Source: Anaerolineales bacterium
Lineage (GTDB): Bacteria > Chloroflexota > Anaerolineae > Anaerolineales > Villigracilaceae
DNA: 64,000 nucleotides
NCBI GenBank assembly: GCA_034004515.1
Contig: JAVEWN010000006.1
Location: 6,615 to 70,614, forward strand
Direction of reading: 5' to 3'
Under the pieces are notes generated by a model, which was not told the origin of the DNA, did no database searches, and saw nothing but the letters and a program-made list of their open reading frames with translations. Position 1 is the first letter of the stretch. Each line of letters begins with the position of its first letter. Positions 16,617-26,181 of this stretch are shown piece by piece. The translations under genes were made by a program, and so were the position numbers.

Positions 16617-19181
16617 TTACGGAACGGTTACGAATTCAAAGCTGGTGAAGGTCGGGACACTCACGAGCATCGGAATAACCGCAACTTCGATCTTGCCGGA
16701 GCCAGCTTCGAGCTTGGCGGTAACATCAGCAGGAAGAACAACCTTGTACTGACCGTCTGCCACAACCTCAGCGGTGCCGACCAGTTCAACTTCGTTGTTG
16801 GCGTTGTAGAACAGGAATTTGACTTCTTTGATCTCATCCTGTGGGTAAGCTTCGCCCTTGAAGGTTACAAAGACATCAAAGGTGGCTTCCTGACCAATTG
16901 TTACCTGGCCGGGGCCATCCAACTCAGCGTCAGCCAGTTTGGGTTCGCCGAAGGTTGACCAGCGGTCAGCAAGATCAGGATAATCCGGGAAGTTCACCAG
17001 GGTCAGGGACTTTTCAGTCGTGAAGACTTTGTCCAAAACGTAAGGGCCGGTCCCAACGATCATGTGGCTGTGAGCAGCATAGAACTTGGCCAGGTTGTCG
17101 TAACGAGTCTTGGCTTCGTCCGCAGTAAGATACTGGCTCATGGTCGGGGCGTAGGGGATGTAGGATTCTTCAGCGGCCTGATCGAGGTATTTCTTCAGGA
17201 TTTCGAGGCTGGGTCCACCGACATAGCTCGTCCATTCGACTTTTTCGACATCGGCTTTATCAGCCGAGTAAGCCAACTCACCACCAGCTTCGGCCAGGTT
17301 ACCGATCGCGATTGTGTCCCAGCTGCCTTCACCAAAGGTGTAGGTCGGCCACAGGGAGTAAGCCATGTTTTCGGCATCGGGTTGGGTCAGGTCGGTGTAG
17401 AACTCAACCACCAACGGGTCAACCGAGGCAATTTTGAAGCCCTTGAAACTGGCCATGAAGGATTCAAAGACCGGCACAGCGGCTTCGTCATAGATGGCGC
17501 TTTCGGGCTTGGCGCGGTCAAAGGTCATAATCAGAGACATGACCACGTCGGCGGCGCTGAAGCTGCTGCCAGAGTGCCACTTGACGCTCGTGTAGAGATC
17601 CGCCGGGTAGGTGACAACCGATTTCAGGTTGGCGGTGGTGCCTTCAGCAACGGGGATGAAGGTCTGGGTGACGGCATCCCAATCGCCAAAGGCGTCGGTC
17701 GGGACGGCAATTTCGGGAGCGGTCTTGAGGGTGACCCAGTCGAGGGTCTGATTGGTGGGGGGCAGGCTGTCGAGCACGGTCACTTCAGCCGATTCAGCGC
17801 GCAGCGGCCAGACAAGACCGGTGTACGGGTCATTCATGAAGCCAGCACCAGCGGTGGCGCGCAGTGCGCCCTGGTCAAAGGTCCAGTTGCCACCGGCAAT
17901 CGGGTTCCAAGGATCGTTGAACAGGTTCTGGGTGGCCCATTTCAGTTGACCACCTTCCTGATCCTTAAAGCGCAGGGTGAAGGGGTAAATCTGGGCGCTT
18001 TCAATGCCGGCGGCCAGGTCGGAAGTGGCCTGAACAGTGCTGGCATACGGGGTGTAGTTTTTGCCGTCGATCAGGAAGACCTGGAAGGAGTCTTCCAAGC
18101 TGAGTTCCATGGCGCGGGCAAACATCTCGCGGCGCTGGTCGAGGGTCGTAAAGAGGCCGTTGTTCAGATCGTCGCCGAGTTTCTGGTATTCGGGATCAGA
18201 GACGTTGGCCAGGAAGACGGGCATACCCTGAACACTGGTGTTCAGGTACATCTGCTGGAACATGTTCTTTTCATCGCGGCTGATGGCGGTCGAGCTCCAG
18301 GCAGCGGTATAAGCATTCCACAAGCAGTCGGTCGGTTCGCTCTGAATCCAAAGCGGGGAGGCTTCAGACCCGGTCTTGTATTGGCTGTCAACGGTGAAGC
18401 CAACGGCCTCGAGCTGGGTGGTGAAGTAATCGCCGATCGGAATGCGGGTGCGGTCGCTGTCGTTGCGGATCAGTTGAATGACAACAACGGGAGCGTCGTT
18501 ATACATCCATTTGCCATCGGCACCCAGGGTAGCGCCCATCGCTTCCATCTCGGTCGCGATCATTTCCTTGCCCTTGTCGAGGTTATAAGCATACTTCGAT
18601 TCGAGGGCGCGGGCTACGTCGGCCATTTCAGCATAATCTGGGCCATTGGTCTGGATGGTGAAGAACTTGGCCAAACCACCGCCAGCATAAACTTCCTGGT
18701 TGATGTAGTCACGGTCGAGCAGGTAGTTGGTGGCTTCGCGGATCTTGCGGTTTGAGAAGGGATTGAGGACAGCCGTGTCGGTGCAAACAGCCGGGTTGTA
18801 GAGTTGATCGTAGTACAGGCCGTTTGAGGCAGAGTAGCTCAAGCCAGCTTCTTTAATAGCGGGCAGGTCTTTGGAAGAAAGGCCACTGGCGTAAATGTCG
18901 ATTGCGCCAGCCTGAATCTGCGTGATGGCAGAGTCTGAGGCGACAACAGACATGACAATTTCGTCCAGCCAGCCGCCCTTGCGGGTGGTGCGGGGCGCTT
19001 CGGTCGGTTCGGGAACCGTGGTTGCTTCGGGGGCAGCCGGTTCAGCGGGAGCAACAGTCGCTTCAACGGGAGCAGCCGGTTCAACCGGGGCAACCGGGGT
19101 GGCTGCCGGCGCACAAGCAGCGAGGACCATGCTGGCAATAATTACCAGGCCCAAAACGAACATCAAACGTTTCTTAAGCAT
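16617..19181 (-). CDS. Family-5 ABC substrate-binding lipoprotein, unusually long (854 aa)
   Basis: Lipobox LVIIASMVLAAC, Pro/Ala/Glu/Thr-rich linker, SBP_bac_5-like body, and an extra ~110-aa C-terminal segment. Confidence 0.9.
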   Translation of the reverse strand: MLKKRLMFVLGLVIIASMVLAACAPAATPVAPVEPAAPVEATVAPAEPAAPEATTVPEPTEAPRTTRKGGWLDEIVMSVVASDSAITQIQAGAIDIYASGLSSKDLPAIKEAGLSYSASNGLYYDQLYNPAVCTDTAVLNPFSNRKIREATNYLLDRDYINQEVYAGGGLAKFFTIQTNGPDYAEMADVARALESKYAYNLDKGKEMIATEMEAMGATLGADGKWMYNDAPVVVIQLIRNDSDRTRIPIGDYFTTQLEAVGFTVDSQYKTGSEASPLWIQSEPTDCLWNAYTAAWSSTAISRDEKNMFQQMYLNTSVQGMPVFLANVSDPEYQKLGDDLNNGLFTTLDQRREMFARAMELSLEDSFQVFLIDGKNYTPYASTVQATSDLAAGIESAQIYPFTLRFKDQEGGQLKWATQNLFNDPWNPIAGGNWTFDQGALRATAGAGFMNDPYTGLVWPLRAESAEVTVLDSLPPTNQTLDWVTLKTAPEIAVPTDAFGDWDAVTQTFIPVAEGTTANLKSVVTYPADLYTSVKWHSGSSFSAADVVMSLIMTFDRAKPESAIYDEAAVPVFESFMASFKGFKIASVDPLVVEFYTDLTQPDAENMAYSLWPTYTFGEGSWDTIAIGNLAEAGGELAYSADKADVEKVEWTSYVGGPSLEILKKYLDQAAEESYIPYAPTMSQYLTADEAKTRYDNLAKFYAAHSHMIVGTGPYVLDKVFTTEKSLTLVNFPDYPDLADRWSTFGEPKLADAELDGPGQVTIGQEATFDVFVTFKGEAYPQDEIKEVKFLFYNANNEVELVGTAEVVADGQYKVVLPADVTAKLEAGSGKIEVAVIPMLVSVPTFTSFEFVTVP

Positions 19182-19423
19182 TGTATTTCTCCTCCTGAGA
19201 AATTTAAAACGGATTGAGTGGATACAAAAAACTTGTGGATTTTACAGGGTTATCTAGCCGTTAATCACCTCCTTTTCAGAGGATTTTGCCGAATCGGAAA
19301 ACCCGACAATCGGAAAGATTTAGACCATCACTATAGCACAAGGGTTTTATAGAGTCAAGAAAGATTGGTTTGGCAACAGCCTGATAAAGAGTGATTTTCA
19401 ACAGAAACAGCAGATGTAAGCGT

Positions 19424-21385
19424 TTACGGCAGACGGCAGGCCGGATCGAGATCCAGTTCCTCGATGTTCCATAAATCCAGCAAAATATTGGGGCTGAGAT
19501 CGAAGTTGCACAGATCGGGGCGCATGGCCGCAACCTTCAAGCGCGCGTACAAAGGCAGGGAGGGCAGATCGTTGGCAAAAATAGATTGCAAGCGGGCATA
19601 ATTTTCTTTATAGGCGGGCTGATCGGGCAGGTTGCGCTGAGCCTGGCGGCAGAGCAGGTCGAAATCGGGGTTGCGGTAGCCCATGATGTTCATTCCCAGC
19701 CAATCATTACGGGCAGATGGAATTTCAGGTTCGGTATAGGCACTGCAAACCGGCTGCGGGCCAAGCGCGCCGATGGCATAAACCGCCAGGTCAAACTGGC
19801 GGCCAAAGAGCGGGCCGCCCGGCCCGGGGGCGTATAAATCGCTGACCGGCTGGTGCTGAACGTTGAGGCCCACGCCGCAGGCCCGCAGCGAAGCGGACAA
19901 AATCTCGGCCACCTGGCGGCGTTGGAGGGCGTCAGAGGTCTGGTAGTTGAGTTGCAAGGGCAGGCCGTCGGGCAAGCCCGCGACCGCACTCGAAGTGCGC
20001 GGCGTTGTAACATCTTGATCGGCATCGACCCAGCCAGCCTGCTCCAGCAATGCGCTGCCTTTATTAGGGTCAAAAGGATAGGCGGCGGCCTGTTCACTAT
20101 AAGCCGGATGTGAAGACGGGACAAAAGTAGCTGGAGCATACGTCAGGCCAGAGAAGACCTCGTCGACCACGCGCTGGCGGTCGAGGCAGTAGGCCAGGCC
20201 CTGGCGGGTGCGCAAATCGTCCAACAGGTTGGGGCGGTCTGTCAGGTCGATTCCATCTTCATACGAAGCGGGGCGAATCCCAAAATCAAGCCGTTCCATG
20301 ATATTGGTGTCGGTCACTGCCACGCGGGCGGTCTTGCTGTTTTCGAGTTCGAGCAATAATTCGAGTTGGGATTCGAGGCGCAGGCTCGCATCGAGCAGGT
20401 CGCACTCGCCGGAGGTCAGGGCGCTGATTCCGCTTTCGGTGTCTGGCAAAAAGCGGAAGGTGAGAATCTCAAAGGCCGGCAGGCCTTCTTCGGCGCGGAA
20501 GTAGTTGGGGTTTTTGCGCAGCCGAATCGATTCGCCGCGAGTCCAGTTTTCGAAAACGTAAGGCCCCCAGCCAAGCGGCGGACGGGATTCGACCTCAGCC
20601 CGGGCCAGCTCGGCAGCGGGGATTTCATTCCAGGCGTAGAAGGAGAGCGGCAGCCAGAAATTATCGGCATAGGTTGGGTCGAGAAATCCGGGGCGGCCCC
20701 ACCACTGGACGGTTAATTCGTCGACCGCTTCATAAACCTGGGTGCGGTCGATCAAATATTTGGAGGCGGGCGTTTCGGCATCGGAGGCGATCCGGTGGGC
20801 AAAGATTGTATCCTGGGCGGTCATGGGCCGGCCGTCGGACCAGCGGACTTCAGGATTGATGCGGAAGGTGACCACCATTTGATCGAGTTCAACTTCGCCG
20901 CTGCCGCTGTAGCGTTCGGCGCAGGCCAAATCATTACAGCCCGCCGGGAAAAATTCGGCCCCGGCATCGAGCAGCACGACTTCGTCGGCTGTATTAACGA
21001 TCAGATCGCCGCGCTTGGCCTTGACCGGTACGATTTCAGCATCGCCGTTTTCGAGGGAGGGGATGCTTTCGAGAATGACGGGTTGGTAGCCATCCAAAAA
21101 GACATCGATCGGGCCATCGTACAGCGCAGAAAGGACGCTGCGCGCGGCAGGGTTGGGGTTGCCGTAAGGGTAAAGTGTATTGGGTTCCTGCCCGAGGCAG
21201 ATGCTGAGATATTTTGGCTGCGGCTGGGTGGCTTCAGACTGAACGGCCGGCGCTGTGACTGTCGGGGTGGGCAGGGCCGAGGCGGAGGCGGGCGGCTCAG
21301 GGTTGGCGGTCGGGACGTTGCAAGCGCCGAGCAAGAAGCTCAACAAAAACAAGCTCAGGCCGTATTTGAGAAAAGGTGGATTCAT
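19424..21385 (-). CDS. Family-5 ABC substrate-binding lipoprotein (second copy)
   Basis: Start set to the ATG at 21385 (AGGAG upstream). Lipobox LLSFLLGAC, Pro/Ala/Thr linker, SBP_bac_5-like body. Confidence 0.9.
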   Translation of the reverse strand: MNPPFLKYGLSLFLLSFLLGACNVPTANPEPPASASALPTPTVTAPAVQSEATQPQPKYLSICLGQEPNTLYPYGNPNPAARSVLSALYDGPIDVFLDGYQPVILESIPSLENGDAEIVPVKAKRGDLIVNTADEVVLLDAGAEFFPAGCNDLACAERYSGSGEVELDQMVVTFRINPEVRWSDGRPMTAQDTIFAHRIASDAETPASKYLIDRTQVYEAVDELTVQWWGRPGFLDPTYADNFWLPLSFYAWNEIPAAELARAEVESRPPLGWGPYVFENWTRGESIRLRKNPNYFRAEEGLPAFEILTFRFLPDTESGISALTSGECDLLDASLRLESQLELLLELENSKTARVAVTDTNIMERLDFGIRPASYEDGIDLTDRPNLLDDLRTRQGLAYCLDRQRVVDEVFSGLTYAPATFVPSSHPAYSEQAAAYPFDPNKGSALLEQAGWVDADQDVTTPRTSSAVAGLPDGLPLQLNYQTSDALQRRQVAEILSASLRACGVGLNVQHQPVSDLYAPGPGGPLFGRQFDLAVYAIGALGPQPVCSAYTEPEIPSARNDWLGMNIMGYRNPDFDLLCRQAQRNLPDQPAYKENYARLQSIFANDLPSLPLYARLKVAAMRPDLCNFDLSPNILLDLWNIEELDLDPACRLP

Positions 21386-21520
21386 GCGGATCACTCCTGG
21401 GGCGGGAAGGAAATTTCATGTTTCGGGCAAAATATAACACAACTTGACTTTAGAGTTCGCTTTTATGAGTCTGGAGAAACAGGAAAGCTGGTTTAAAAGG
21501 CGATTAAAAACCAAATCTGG

Positions 21521-21604
21521 ACACGGATTTCGCGGATTAAACGAATTTACGCGGATTTTTTAAGAAAATCCGTGAGATTCCGCGTAACATGTGCAATCCG
21601 TGTA
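21521..21604. repeat. Cluster of CGGATT / AATCCG short repeats in inverted arrangement
   Basis: ACACGGATTTCGCGGATT, TACGCGGATTTTTT, AAAATCCGTGAGATTCCGCGTA and GCAATCCGTGT. The central pair forms a CGGATTTT/AAAATCCG hairpin. Located in the divergent spacer between the SBP gene and mscL. Confidence 0.6.
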
Positions 21605-21730
21605 CGAAAAAGCTGCGATTCAAATTGAACTCTAAACTCAAGAACACAAGAAGTAAGTTCTGAACGTGGGCTGATGAAAACCGAGGCCAGGGTGTAAAAT
21701 CGGGGTAACAAACATTCTGGAGGAGAAGCC

Positions 21731-22120
21731 ATGCTTAAAGAATTTCGTGATTTCGCCATGCGCGGAAACGTGATCGATTTGGCCGTTGGCGTGATTATTG
21801 GCGGCGCATTCGGCAAGATTGTCAGTTCGCTGGTCAATGACCTGCTGATGCCGTTGGTGGGGCTGGCCCTGGGCGGCGTCAACTTTTCAGAGCTGTCCTT
21901 TACCGTCGGTGAAGCGGTGATTAAGTGGGGCGCATTTGTGCAAACCGTGATCGACTTTGTGATGATCGCCTTTGTGATCTTCCTGATTGTGCGGGCGGCC
22001 AACAAGCTCAAGCAAGAAGAACCCGCACGGGCAGAGGCGACCACCAAAACCTGCCCGCAGTGTTTTACGGAAATCCCAATCCCGGCCCTGCGCTGCCCGC
22101 ATTGCACGTCGCAATTGTAG
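21731..22120 (+). CDS. mscL: Large-conductance mechanosensitive channel with a C-terminal Cys4 motif
   Basis: [35 protein letters not shown] is close to the canonical MscL N-terminus. The C-terminus is CPQC...CPHC. Confidence 0.95.
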   Translation: MLKEFRDFAMRGNVIDLAVGVIIGGAFGKIVSSLVNDLLMPLVGLALGGVNFSELSFTVGEAVIKWGAFVQTVIDFVMIAFVIFLIVRAANKLKQEEPARAEATTKTCPQCFTEIPIPALRCPHCTSQL

Positions 22121-22195
22121 GGATGGGTGCGCTCAGGACGGCTCGCAAGGTCGTGCGGACGGCTTTTTCTACTACCCGGAGCAGTTCAGATTTTT

Positions 22196-22280
22196 CACCC
22201 TGAGCGTAGTCGCAGGGTGAGTTGCGGGGAAATGTCCTTCGACTGCGGCCCGCAGAAGCGCGCGGGCCTCCGCTCAGGGC
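22196..22280 (-). repeat. Short intergenic repeat, family A copy 2
   Basis: The reverse complement aligns with 2777-2890 (see that entry). Confidence 0.7.
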
Positions 22281-22553
22281 GAAGTTGAGAGATGGTCAAG
22301 GTGGTTAAAAGAACCGCGCAGCGCTTCGCGGTTCAATTCTCAGCGTTGCGCCAGGACTTGCTCGCTTTAAGAACTTTGAAGTTAAATCCTTGCACAAAAA
22401 GCAAGAAAATTAAACACAACCCCACAAAATACGCGGGGCGCGAGGAAACGAAGTAAAAGCTTTAGGTTTTCCTTTGTGTCCGTCGTGACCTTCGTGTTTA
22501 AAGGTTTTCTTTTCCGGCTTGTCCGGGTTAAGAAAACGCTGTTTGAAGCCCAT

Positions 22554-22712
22554 GGTTTTCTCAAAGTCGCTTGACTGTTGGGTACAAATATGGCATGTCA
22601 TTGCGAACCCGGCGTTCTTCAGGCGGGTGAAGCAATCTCCTATCCTGTCAGGGGATTGCCGCGCCGCGAAAAAACTGCGGCTCGCAATCACATTTCCGAC
22701 TTTGAGAAAGCC
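22554..22712. repeat. MITE-like element with terminal inverted repeats, long copy (159 nt)
   Basis: Ends GGTTTTCTCAAAGTCG ... CGACTTTGAGAAAGCC are inverted repeats. Shares 102 of 107 positions with 62226-62332 and carries a 52-nt internal insertion. No coding capacity. Confidence 0.75.
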
Positions 22713-22836
22713 ATATTTAAAGCCCACTGCTTGATATTCAGGATTGGCGAAGTGGGTTACAATCCAGTTGCCGTGTTTGTTTTTGACGGGCCTGCGCCTG
22801 GCGTTTTTTACTCTCAAAGCACCCCCTTCTATTCTT

Positions 22837-25023
22837 ATGGACTTTCTCGACAAACTCAACCCCGCCCAAAAAAAGGCTGTCAGCGCCGGAGATGGGCCGA
22901 TTCTTGTGATGGCCGGCCCCGGCTCTGGCAAAACGCGCGTTCTGACTCAGCGGATCGCCTATCTGATTGCGTATGAAGGCGTGCGCCCGTACCAGATGCT
23001 GGCCGTGACCTTTACCAATAAGGCCGCCCGCGAAATGGGACAGCGGGTCGAGGCCTTGCTCGGCCCAGAGATGACGAGCGGCTTGTTCCTGGGGACGTTT
23101 CATTCCATCTGCGCCCGCCTGCTGCGGCGCGAAGCCGACAAACTGCCGGTTTCCTCCGATTTTGTGATCTTCGATGCCGATGACCAGCAGAATATCGTCA
23201 AACGGGTTACAAAAGAACTCAACCTGAACGACAAACTCTACCGCCCGGTGGTCGTCCATGCGGCCATCAGCAAGGCCAAGAACGAGTTGATTGGGCCAGA
23301 TAAATTCCCGGTCGTCACCTACCGCGACGAGGCCGTCAAACGCATCTACGGGCGCTACCAGGAAATGCTGCGCGACTCGAATGCGGTCGATTTTGACGAC
23401 CTGCTGCTGATGACCGCCAACCTGCTGGCCGATCACCCTGACGTGCGCGAAAAATACGCTCAACGCTTTCGGCACGTCCTGGTCGACGAATTTCAGGACA
23501 CGAACCAGGCCCAGTACACGCTCATCAAACATCTTTCCTCGGCGCACGGCAATATCTTTTGCGTTGGGGATGGCGATCAATCAATTTACGCCTGGCGTGG
23601 CGCAGATTACCGCAATATTCAAAGATTTGAAAAAGACTTTCCCGGCGCGCAGGTCATTCTGCTCGAACAAAACTATCGCTCCAAGCAAATCATTCTCGAT
23701 GCGGCCATGGCCGTCATCGACAAAGCCCATAACCGGCGCAAGAAAAAACTCTTCAGCGAACTCGGACCGGGCGAGCGCATCAACTATTACGAGGCCTTCG
23801 ACGACTATGGCGAGGCCAGTTTTGTGGTCGACAGCATCGCCCAACTGATTGCCAGCCGGCGCTTCGACCCCGGCGAATGCGCCGTGATGTACCGCACCAA
23901 TGCCCAATCGCGTCTGATGGAAGAAGCCTTCCTGGCGGCGCGCCTGCCCTATAAATTGGTGGGAGCGCAGCGTTTCTATGGCCGGCGCGAAGTCAAAGAT
24001 ATGATTGCCTTCCTGCGCCTGGTTCACAACCCCGCCGACGAAATCTCGCTCGACCGGGTCATCAACATCCCGCCGCGCGGGATTGGGGATAAAACCCTGC
24101 TGACGCTGCATAGCGTTGCCCGCGGCGCCCGTCTCAGCCCCGGCTCTGTCCTGCTGGACCTGGCGCGCGGATCAGACTCGCCTTATTTTGCCCAGTTTAG
24201 CGGACGGGCCGGCCTGGCCCTGGCCGGTTTTGGGGCAAATTTCTCGGCCTGGCGCGGCGTGGCCTCGGCCTACACCGTCCCCGAACTGTTCGACAAAATT
24301 CTAGCAGACATCCGCTATCAGGATCATATCGAGGATGGCAGCGAAGAGGGCAAGGAACGCTGGGAGAACGTGGTTGAACTGCGCCGCCTGGCTCAGGAAT
24401 ACGAAAGCCGGACTCTGTCCGAATTTCTTGAAAACGTAGCCCTGATCTCAGACCAGGACACCCTCAGCGAAAACCAGAACGCCCCGACCCTGCTGACCCT
24501 GCACGCCGCCAAAGGACTGGAATTTGGGGCAGTCTTCATCGTCGGGCTGGATGACGGCACCCTGCCGCACAGCCGCTCTTTTGACGAACCAGAGCAGATG
24601 GAGGAGGAACGCCGCCTGTTCTACGTCGGCATGACGCGCGCCAAAGACGCGCTTTACCTGGTGCGCGCCCTGCAACGCGGCGGACGCGGCTACTCTGAAA
24701 GCACGATTCCGTCCCGCTTTTTGGAAGATGTTCCGGGCGAGTTATTAAATGGAAAGAGCCGCGCGGGTGGCGGCGGCCGGCGAGGCGGGACAGGTTACAA
24801 TCCGCGCCGCGACAGCTGGACACTGCCCTCCCCCCGGCAGGCAGCCCCAATCATCGCGCCCAAGTTCCGGGCCGGGATGCGCGTCAGTCATCCGACCTGG
24901 GAAGAAGGGATCGTGCTCGACAGCCGCATCCAGCAGGACGATGAGATTGTGGATGTGATCTTCGAGAGCGTGGGGATGAAGCGCCTTTCGGCAACCCTGG
25001 CGCACTTGACTATCTTGAAGTAA
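22837..25023 (+). CDS. uvrD: ATP-dependent DNA helicase, UvrD/PcrA family
   Basis: Start moved to the ATG at 22837 (MDFLDKLNPAQKKAV). Motif I AGPGSGKT, motif II VDEFQDTN, and other SF1 motifs. Confidence 0.9.
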   Translation: MDFLDKLNPAQKKAVSAGDGPILVMAGPGSGKTRVLTQRIAYLIAYEGVRPYQMLAVTFTNKAAREMGQRVEALLGPEMTSGLFLGTFHSICARLLRREADKLPVSSDFVIFDADDQQNIVKRVTKELNLNDKLYRPVVVHAAISKAKNELIGPDKFPVVTYRDEAVKRIYGRYQEMLRDSNAVDFDDLLLMTANLLADHPDVREKYAQRFRHVLVDEFQDTNQAQYTLIKHLSSAHGNIFCVGDGDQSIYAWRGADYRNIQRFEKDFPGAQVILLEQNYRSKQIILDAAMAVIDKAHNRRKKKLFSELGPGERINYYEAFDDYGEASFVVDSIAQLIASRRFDPGECAVMYRTNAQSRLMEEAFLAARLPYKLVGAQRFYGRREVKDMIAFLRLVHNPADEISLDRVINIPPRGIGDKTLLTLHSVARGARLSPGSVLLDLARGSDSPYFAQFSGRAGLALAGFGANFSAWRGVASAYTVPELFDKILADIRYQDHIEDGSEEGKERWENVVELRRLAQEYESRTLSEFLENVALISDQDTLSENQNAPTLLTLHAAKGLEFGAVFIVGLDDGTLPHSRSFDEPEQMEEERRLFYVGMTRAKDALYLVRALQRGGRGYSESTIPSRFLEDVPGELLNGKSRAGGGGRRGGTGYNPRRDSWTLPSPRQAAPIIAPKFRAGMRVSHPTWEEGIVLDSRIQQDDEIVDVIFESVGMKRLSATLAHLTILK

Positions 25024-25068
25024 ACCGCGCCCTCCGCTCAGGGCTTAAACAACCAATAGGAGAAAACC

Positions 25069-26082
25069 GTGGCACAAACCTTAAAAATCGTTATCCCGAT
25101 GGCCGGCTGGGGCACACGCATGCGCCCGCAAACCTGGAGCAAGCCCAAGCCGCTGGTCAGTGTGGCGGGGAAAACATCGTTGGATCATCTGATGCAGATG
25201 TTCGCGACCATTCCGGCCTCATTTGATGTCGAATACATCTTCATCATCGGGCCGCATCTGGGGGAGCAGATCCCGGTTTACATCGAAAAGAATTATCCGC
25301 ACCTCAAAGCGAGCTATGTCGTGCAGGAAGAAATGAAGGGCCAGTCGCACGCGCTCTGGCTGGCGCGCCATTCCTTGCATGGCCCAACCATGATGGTTTT
25401 TTCAGACACCCTGGTTGAAACCGATTTCTCCTTCATCCAGGATGAAAAGCTGGATGGGGTAGCCTGGGTCAAGCCGGTTCCGGATCCACGGCGATTCGGC
25501 GTGGCCGAAGTGGATGGGCAAGGCCAGATCACGCGCCTGATCGAAAAGCCGCAAGGCCTGGAAAACAACCTGGTGCTGGTAGGCTGCTATTTCTTCAAAA
25601 AAGGCGAGGCACTGGTTGCCGCCATCGATGAGCAGCTCAAACGCCAGGTGCAGTTGAAAGGCGAGTACTTCCTGGCAGACGCCATCAACATCATGATCGA
25701 ACACGGCGCAAAAATGCGCCCGGAAAAAGTGGAGGTCTGGCTGGACACCGGCACAATCGAGGCGACTCTTGAGACCAACCTTTACATGCTCGAACATGGC
25801 CGCGACAACTCCGCCGAGGCCAGCCAATCTAAAGATCTGACGATTGTGCCGCCGGTTTTCATTCATCCCAGCGCCAAAGTGGAGTGGGCCGTGATTGGGC
25901 CGCATGTCTCAATCGGGGCAGACTGCGAGGTCAGCCACTGCATCATCAGCAACAGTATCCTGGATGAGGGCGCAGTCGCCACCCAATCGGTGCTGCACGG
26001 CTCTTTTGTCGGCAGGCAGGCCAGGGTGGAGGGGCGCTCTCACACCGTCAACATCGGCGACAACAGCAGCATCCAGTTTTAG
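25069..26082 (+). CDS. Sugar-phosphate nucleotidyltransferase with a C-terminal hexapeptide-repeat domain
   Basis: GTG start after AGGAGA. PMAGWGTRMRP signature of glucose-1-phosphate nucleotidyltransferase-like enzymes. Substrate not assignable. Confidence 0.85.
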   Translation: MAQTLKIVIPMAGWGTRMRPQTWSKPKPLVSVAGKTSLDHLMQMFATIPASFDVEYIFIIGPHLGEQIPVYIEKNYPHLKASYVVQEEMKGQSHALWLARHSLHGPTMMVFSDTLVETDFSFIQDEKLDGVAWVKPVPDPRRFGVAEVDGQGQITRLIEKPQGLENNLVLVGCYFFKKGEALVAAIDEQLKRQVQLKGEYFLADAINIMIEHGAKMRPEKVEVWLDTGTIEATLETNLYMLEHGRDNSAEASQSKDLTIVPPVFIHPSAKVEWAVIGPHVSIGADCEVSHCIISNSILDEGAVATQSVLHGSFVGRQARVEGRSHTVNIGDNSSIQF

Positions 26083-26092
26083 GGACATTTTA

Positions 26093-26131
26093 TAGTAGGA
26101 CAAGGTGACATCTTGTCCTACTATTTTTTTT
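26093..26131 (+). terminator. Intrinsic terminator
   Basis: 12-bp stem TAGTAGGACAAG / CTTGTCCTACTA with a 7-nt loop, then T8. Starts 11 nt after the stop at 26080-26082. Confidence 0.85.
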
Positions 26132-26181
26132 GCAAGGTCTGTACAATGAGAATACCTATTCTCACCCCTATTGGAGGATTC

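Noticed and set aside
17064-18755. 563-aa plus-strand ORF
   Set aside because: Antisense to the 854-aa family-5 binding protein. Gly/Val/Arg-rich low-complexity translation with no domain signatures.
18990-19120. Apparent nucleotide repeats at the 5' end of the SBP gene
   Set aside because: They encode the Pro/Ala/Glu/Thr-rich lipoprotein tether (APVEPAAPVEATVAPAEPAAPEA). This is coding low complexity, not a regulatory or mobile repeat.
22410-22931. 173-aa minus-strand ORF (and 22738-23580, 280 aa)
   Set aside because: The first is assembled from intergenic repeat elements. The second is antisense to the uvrD helicase motifs. Neither has an RBS or a recognisable domain.
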